From Tubulanus polymorphus (taxonomy: Eukaryota; Animalia; Nemertea): 64,000 nucleotides of DNA. Shown here piece after piece: positions 59,182 through 64,000 of the stretch; within the stretch, counting starts at the first letter, position 1; each line of letters begins with the position of its first letter. The stretch spans positions 3,934,400 through 3,998,399 of the forward strand of contig NC_134036.1 of the NCBI RefSeq assembly GCF_964204645.1, given 5' to 3'. The notes below the pieces were generated by a model, which saw only the letters and a list, made by a program, of their open reading frames with translations, had not been told where the DNA came from and did not search any database. The translations under genes and the position numbers were made by a program.

Positions 59182-60393
59182 CTGTTTATGGAAGATACGG
59201 AAATCAGACTTCGAAAATGATTTCACTCTGCGCACAATCCTTACATTCGATCCTGTGATGTTCGGTCTCGTAAGAACGCACAGTATGACGAGAAAGCCGT
59301 CAGATTTAACACTCAGTGATTGCAGGTAGTTGTGACCGAGTAAAATATCAGTTCCTACAACACGTAACCCTTCTAGTTTAAATACACCGATGACGTCACC
59401 GGATGTGCTGAGATCACGTGTCCAGTTGAAGACGACGTACTGTAACACCTGCACTGTGATAGACCAGCAGTGTAAGTGTTTTGATCGAGTTATTACGTGT
59501 AAACTGTTGACATCGGGAATGAGCACTCCCGACTCGTTATTAGAGATCTGTATCAACGGATTCGAGACGTTCCAATCGGATATTTTGTACATCTGGACTA
59601 AAAGCTGTGTCAGAAATTTCAGTTGACGATATTGCAGTGATATGACGGCTTTGTTTGTTTTAGTATAAAACGATGAAGGTGGATGTCCGGTTTGTTCTCG
59701 CATAAGAGCTACAGGTTTACTGCTGCTGTTCCATCCGTCGTAAATCTTAACAGTCGCCACCAATGGATCAATCCCAGCATTTAATTGGAAAACTGTTTGA
59801 GTGAAGGTGAGATTCATTGCATAGCCACGAGGCATCCCGATCCTTTCTAGATACAACCGGCAATTTCGTAGACGTGTTATCGAAAATTTGTGTCCCGTAT
59901 CTGTTTCTAACCGTCCTAACCTTAGATTATATCTTGAACAGTCGTGAGTGATTCTGAATCGGCTTCGTTCATAACGATATATGATATAAACCCGACTACC
60001 TCGCGCACCATCGACGTTACTTCTAAACATCAACGAGATCGAATCGTTACGGCGGATATCAGGTTTTCCATCACCGCACAATCTGATATCAGACTCTTCG
60101 GCGAGAATGTAGCTGTCCTTGCAGAGTATCGACGGTTCGATGTCGAGGTAAAACCGGACGTGAATAGTTCCCGGTAAAGAACCGTTGGCGAACCAACGAC
60201 ATTCAAGACCGCGCGATAACGAAGGGTAATTCGGCGAAACGATGTAACCGGACGTAGAATCTAGCGGGTACCACGTGTTGTTACAAGACGAACTTACCGT
60301 CACAGACGATTCCTCGATAGAGTCTGCGCGATCGGCGCGCGCGATGCGAACTCGACAGACGATCAGCGACGCTAACAGCGTTCTCAGCTCCAT
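59182..60393 (-). CDS. Copy 6 exon 1: signal peptide plus CUB domains (404 codons); predicted protein 1923 aa
   Basis: ATG-GAG at 60393; donor CAG|gtacgt at the homologous position. Confidence 0.86.
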
Positions 60394-62569
60394 ACCGAAC
60401 AACACGGCGATGAAAGTTATGAATTCTGCAATCTGTCAATGAAAGATCGTTTTACGCTCAGCCGAAGTCGACGATTCTTCGACGAAGAAATCAAATCTTC
60501 AACTACACGCGTTGTGAAGCGTATCAAATAAGCAAATTCGATGCCGGATTTACAGTAAATAAAGATGGTACCATGCTTCGGATTTCCTCACTATATCGAC
60601 GACGCCCGAGGCATACGCGCATCAACTATAGAATATCGGATTTCCAACTATATGTTCATGAGTTATCGACGTTCCAGTTTGCGTAGATATTACGGTCGAT
60701 ATCTGTCTACTGCTCGGTTTTTCGAAAATAAGCATATTCACAAACTAGCAAAGTATTGATGATTTGACTTGGCACACATCAAAACTCAACATGTTGTGAA
60801 ATTATTTACAAGGTCATGCTTGGAAAATCATTATTTAGAATTCTTGTTCGTACAGGCTTAAGTAACGTATGACATTTACGAGAAATATTCAGTGAGAACG
60901 TTCTTATCAAATCTAAAGATAATTTCATATAATCCTGGCTGTCAGATTTAGAGGTTTCTTGTTCAGAATGTAATTTCGGTCCGGAAAAATATCTAGAAAA
61001 CTGTTCCGCATATGCCGTTAAATCGTTCGGTCGCTCTTATCGAAAATCCCGATGTCGAAACAGGCAGAGGGGACGAAACCCCCTATACCGAAGAACGGTT
61101 GATTCGGTGAACGCTGTAACAAGCGAGAAATTGAAAATGAATTATCTCGTCCTTTTTCGTTCTATTAGGGAGAAGGATATGCCAGAATTTCACAGGAAAG
61201 GCTTGATGTTCTAAATCTATTGGATTTCATTCATCGAAGCCCTTCTTAACTCCAGGATTGAATGAAATGTTTTTTTGAATGATGAGGTTACTAAACTTAA
61301 ATCACAAAGATAGCTCCTTTTTTGTTTGCTACGTCGCTGTGTCCAGCATTAAGGTATGTTTGACTTTGGTGATGAATAAATAATAGCAATGAAAATATAT
61401 TAGTGTTCTTAATTTTCTGCCTAATTTTTCGAAGTCGATATTGTCGCTATTTGGTTTTTCACATATTCCCGCCGTACGATCTCTACGATTGAGATGATCG
61501 CCACTGCCAAGGTGAAACAGAAAATCGCGCGTTTCTATGAAGATATTTTTACGATTGCATCATTAATAAAGATCTTCTGGTAAAACTCTTATCTTCGGGT
61601 AAAAAAAGTTCTAAATTGTATCTGAAACATCGTGAAATATTCACAGCCAGTGACACAAAATTACCAATTTTTCTCAAACGTTTCCTGAAAAAAGTGACAT
61701 ATTTCTTTTAAATTGTAGCCGTGTCAGAATTTTGCGGAAAATGAAATAAACACAATCAAAAAATAGAAATCGTCACCTTTTTAACGATATGTAAATCTAA
61801 TCGATGTGGCAAAAGGTAATGAACGACAATTAAGATAGGTAATGATAAAACAAAATAAGTAAATCGCGCTTGAGGTTTAAGTGCAACAGAAATAATATGT
61901 TTAAATCTGTTCAACGATGCTGCGGTACATGCCCCCTTAATGGCGCCTGGTGAAACTGAACACATCCCTAACTGCCGAAGATTATTATCATATTATGCGC
62001 TCTAATGCGGGAAGCCAAAAACTAGAATCGAATAGATTTACTAAACTAGATATTTTTACACATATTCGCAACGCAGTTAGTTATGAAAGAGGAAGTTTAT
62101 TCCGTTTTCGTTTGTTTATTTTTGCTTTTGCTATGAAAGTTACCATTTTAGGATCGCATTCGGACGAGAGCGCGCGTCCAGCAGTGTAAGAGAACGACGT
62201 AGTCAAATTGAATCAAATTGAACCGATCGAAATCGGCATTTCTGTTCGTTTTTACCGTTTTACTTTTTATCTATTGGATCGTTTGAAAACACGAATCGAC
62301 AGGGACTCGCGCGCGGGTGCGACGGGAAACCCGGGTGACATACCCCCCCCCGGGGGTACTTGTAAATAGACATTCCGGAACATTGCGGAACGATATTTAG
62401 CAACTAACTTTTTATTCTTATTTATGCAGAACACTTATATTACGAATTGGACAAAAAACTCTCTCAGTTCATCGTTCTAAAACCGTATAGACCGTAGGAA
62501 GACAATTGTTTACGAGTTGACCGGATATATCATTTATCGACTTAGGAAGTGAACTCGTATTCGAATCCG

Positions 62570-62639
62570 ATGGCCACCAAAGTCTTACTGGTGCTAGTTT
62601 TCGTTTCAGTCGTATTTTTTGGTTCAACCCGCGTAAAAG
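62570..62639 (+). CDS. Probable first coding exon (signal peptide MATKVLLVLVFVSVVFFGSTRVK) of a divergently transcribed gene
   Basis: ATGG start; K followed by a hydrophobic core; phase-1 donor AAG|gtacgt; Inr-like TCAGTT at 62464-62469. Confidence 0.6.
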
Positions 62640-63688
62640 GTACGTTCAGTTATACTTCGTAAGATTTGCGTTGTTCTTTTTGTTTCTTAGATTTTTTTGA
62701 TGTGTTTCGTCGTTAGACGAACCCATCAAAACTATTCTTAAGTAATTAAAGATGGTTTAAAGTGTCATCAATTGAACTCATTTCATGCCCTTACGTTAGC
62801 AATCGTGTTTGAAGCCGGATTATCTGTATTTAGTTTGCAACGCTGATGATTTTGATGTTGTTTATGCTTAGCTTCATGCTTAGGCCTAAAATGCTTTGGC
62901 TATTAAAAGATATCCCATCATGAAACAATTGAAATCCACATTCGCTTGATGGACTTGATTTCAACAGTCACCGGCCGGCCTGGTTTAATATGTACTGCCC
63001 TGAAACTTGAAAAACTTATATACAGAAGCTTCTGATTTAGTTACTGTCCCGAATCGCAGTTTATGCTTAAGTTTATCTTATTTTTGTTTTATGTCATTGT
63101 CTCACGGCGTCAAGTCCAAAATGCCCATAATTAAACTTGCGTAACTGTCGTTCTTCCGCTGGTGAATATTGTTTTCCTGTTCCACTTGGCCAATCGTTAG
63201 ACTAGCTATAGGCCCTCAGGGTACAGCTAGCAGCTGGCCTTGAGGTTCAGTCTGTGGACAGCTTCAAAACACTCGTGTTGAATCGTGGATGTGAAGCTTG
63301 TACCCCACGTACTGCATGGCCACCAATCTACTTGGCCTATGTCGTCGGTTCTTGGCGATTGTGCCGAGAGCAGACTGTATCCAGTGGTCATGGTTAGTAT
63401 AAATACTGACGTTTTACCTTAAAAGTATGGATTGAACATGCACCGCATCAACGCAGTTATTCCCATTCACTTTTCAAGTTCAAAGTCAATACCGAAACTC
63501 AACATGGAAAGTTTCTTTCTGGTTAAATGATTAAATCGCAAAAACGAAGGATCGAGGTTTGTTTTTTTTTTTAATCGCCAGCGAAAGAGTCTCATAGAAC
63601 GCTATGATTTTTGATAGAAAAACAAGTGCCCCAGTGATCAGTGGAAAGTTAAATTGCGAAATTGAGGTGATTAAGATTTGATGATTGT

Positions 63689-63975
63689 GTTGAAGTTATT
63701 GAGAATGGAAAGGTCTTTGTGTCATTGAGTAACTGATCGTTATTCTACTGAATTGTTTAAGTTATTGAGAATGAGAAGGCCGTCATTAGTAACTAATAAT
63801 AATTTACTGAATCGTTGAAGTCATTGAGAATGGGAAGGTCGTCTTCAGTAACTAATCATAGTTTTACTAAATCGTTGAAATTATTGAGTTTAAAATAAAA
63901 ATGTCGTCATAAGTAGCTTATCGTGATTTTTACTGAATCGCTGAATTCATTTAGAATGAAAAGGTCTCTTCATTT
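63689..63975. repeat. ~60-bp degenerate minisatellite, about 5 copies
   Basis: Recurring ttgaagt(t/c)attgagaatg..aaggtc.tc.t.agtaact.at....tttactgaatcg. Confidence 0.85.
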
Positions 63976-64000
63976 TGTGTAATCTTTATTTTACCGAATG

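Larger units (their letters stand above)
1..60610 (-). repeat. Tandem array of six paralogous GRL101-like receptor genes (exon-3 acceptors at 3165, 13968, 25030, 36744, 47340, 56740; period 9.4-11.7 kb)
   Basis: The same three-ORF set recurs six times in the same order and orientation. Intergenic sequence is also alignable between units 1-5. Confidence 0.97.

Noticed and set aside
1-60610. The array as an artefact of uncollapsed haplotypes
   Set aside because: Six distinct versions with unit-specific indels and insertions exceed two alleles, although long-read confirmation is still advisable.
63100-63280. Possible LINE ORF2 C-terminal relic (SFF...SVDSFKTL)
   Set aside because: Too short and degenerate to support without a search.
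63689-63975. CRISPR-like array
   Set aside because: Degenerate contiguous repeats without unique spacers, in a eukaryotic context with no cas genes.

Overview
AT-rich eukaryotic DNA, most likely from an invertebrate animal (inference). About 60 kb is a head-to-tail minus-strand tandem array of six paralogous genes with a period of 9.4-11.7 kb; copy 1 runs off the left edge. The ORF track shows three ORFs per unit, but conserved phase-0 GT-AG splice sites join them into one 3-exon gene of about 1,920-1,950 aa. Its architecture is: signal peptide, about 5 CUB or CUB-like domains, a C-type-lectin-like domain split by intron 2, a second degenerate CTLD, about 6-7 LDLa modules, LRRNT with about 7-8 LRRs, a type-C LGR hinge and a rhodopsin-class 7TM (GRL101-like / type C2 LGR). 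All copies look intact. They are mosaics of one another, with variable ectodomain patches on a nearly invariant TM5-TM7/C-tail, which suggests a diversifying sensory or immune receptor array. Spacers hold fossil coding relics, MITE-like inverted repeats, retroposed insertions with TSDs, a degraded LINE RT fragment, a degenerate Penelope-type hammerhead and a templated insertion of receptor coding sequence. At the right end are a probable signal-peptide first exon of a divergently transcribed gene and a ~60-bp minisatellite.
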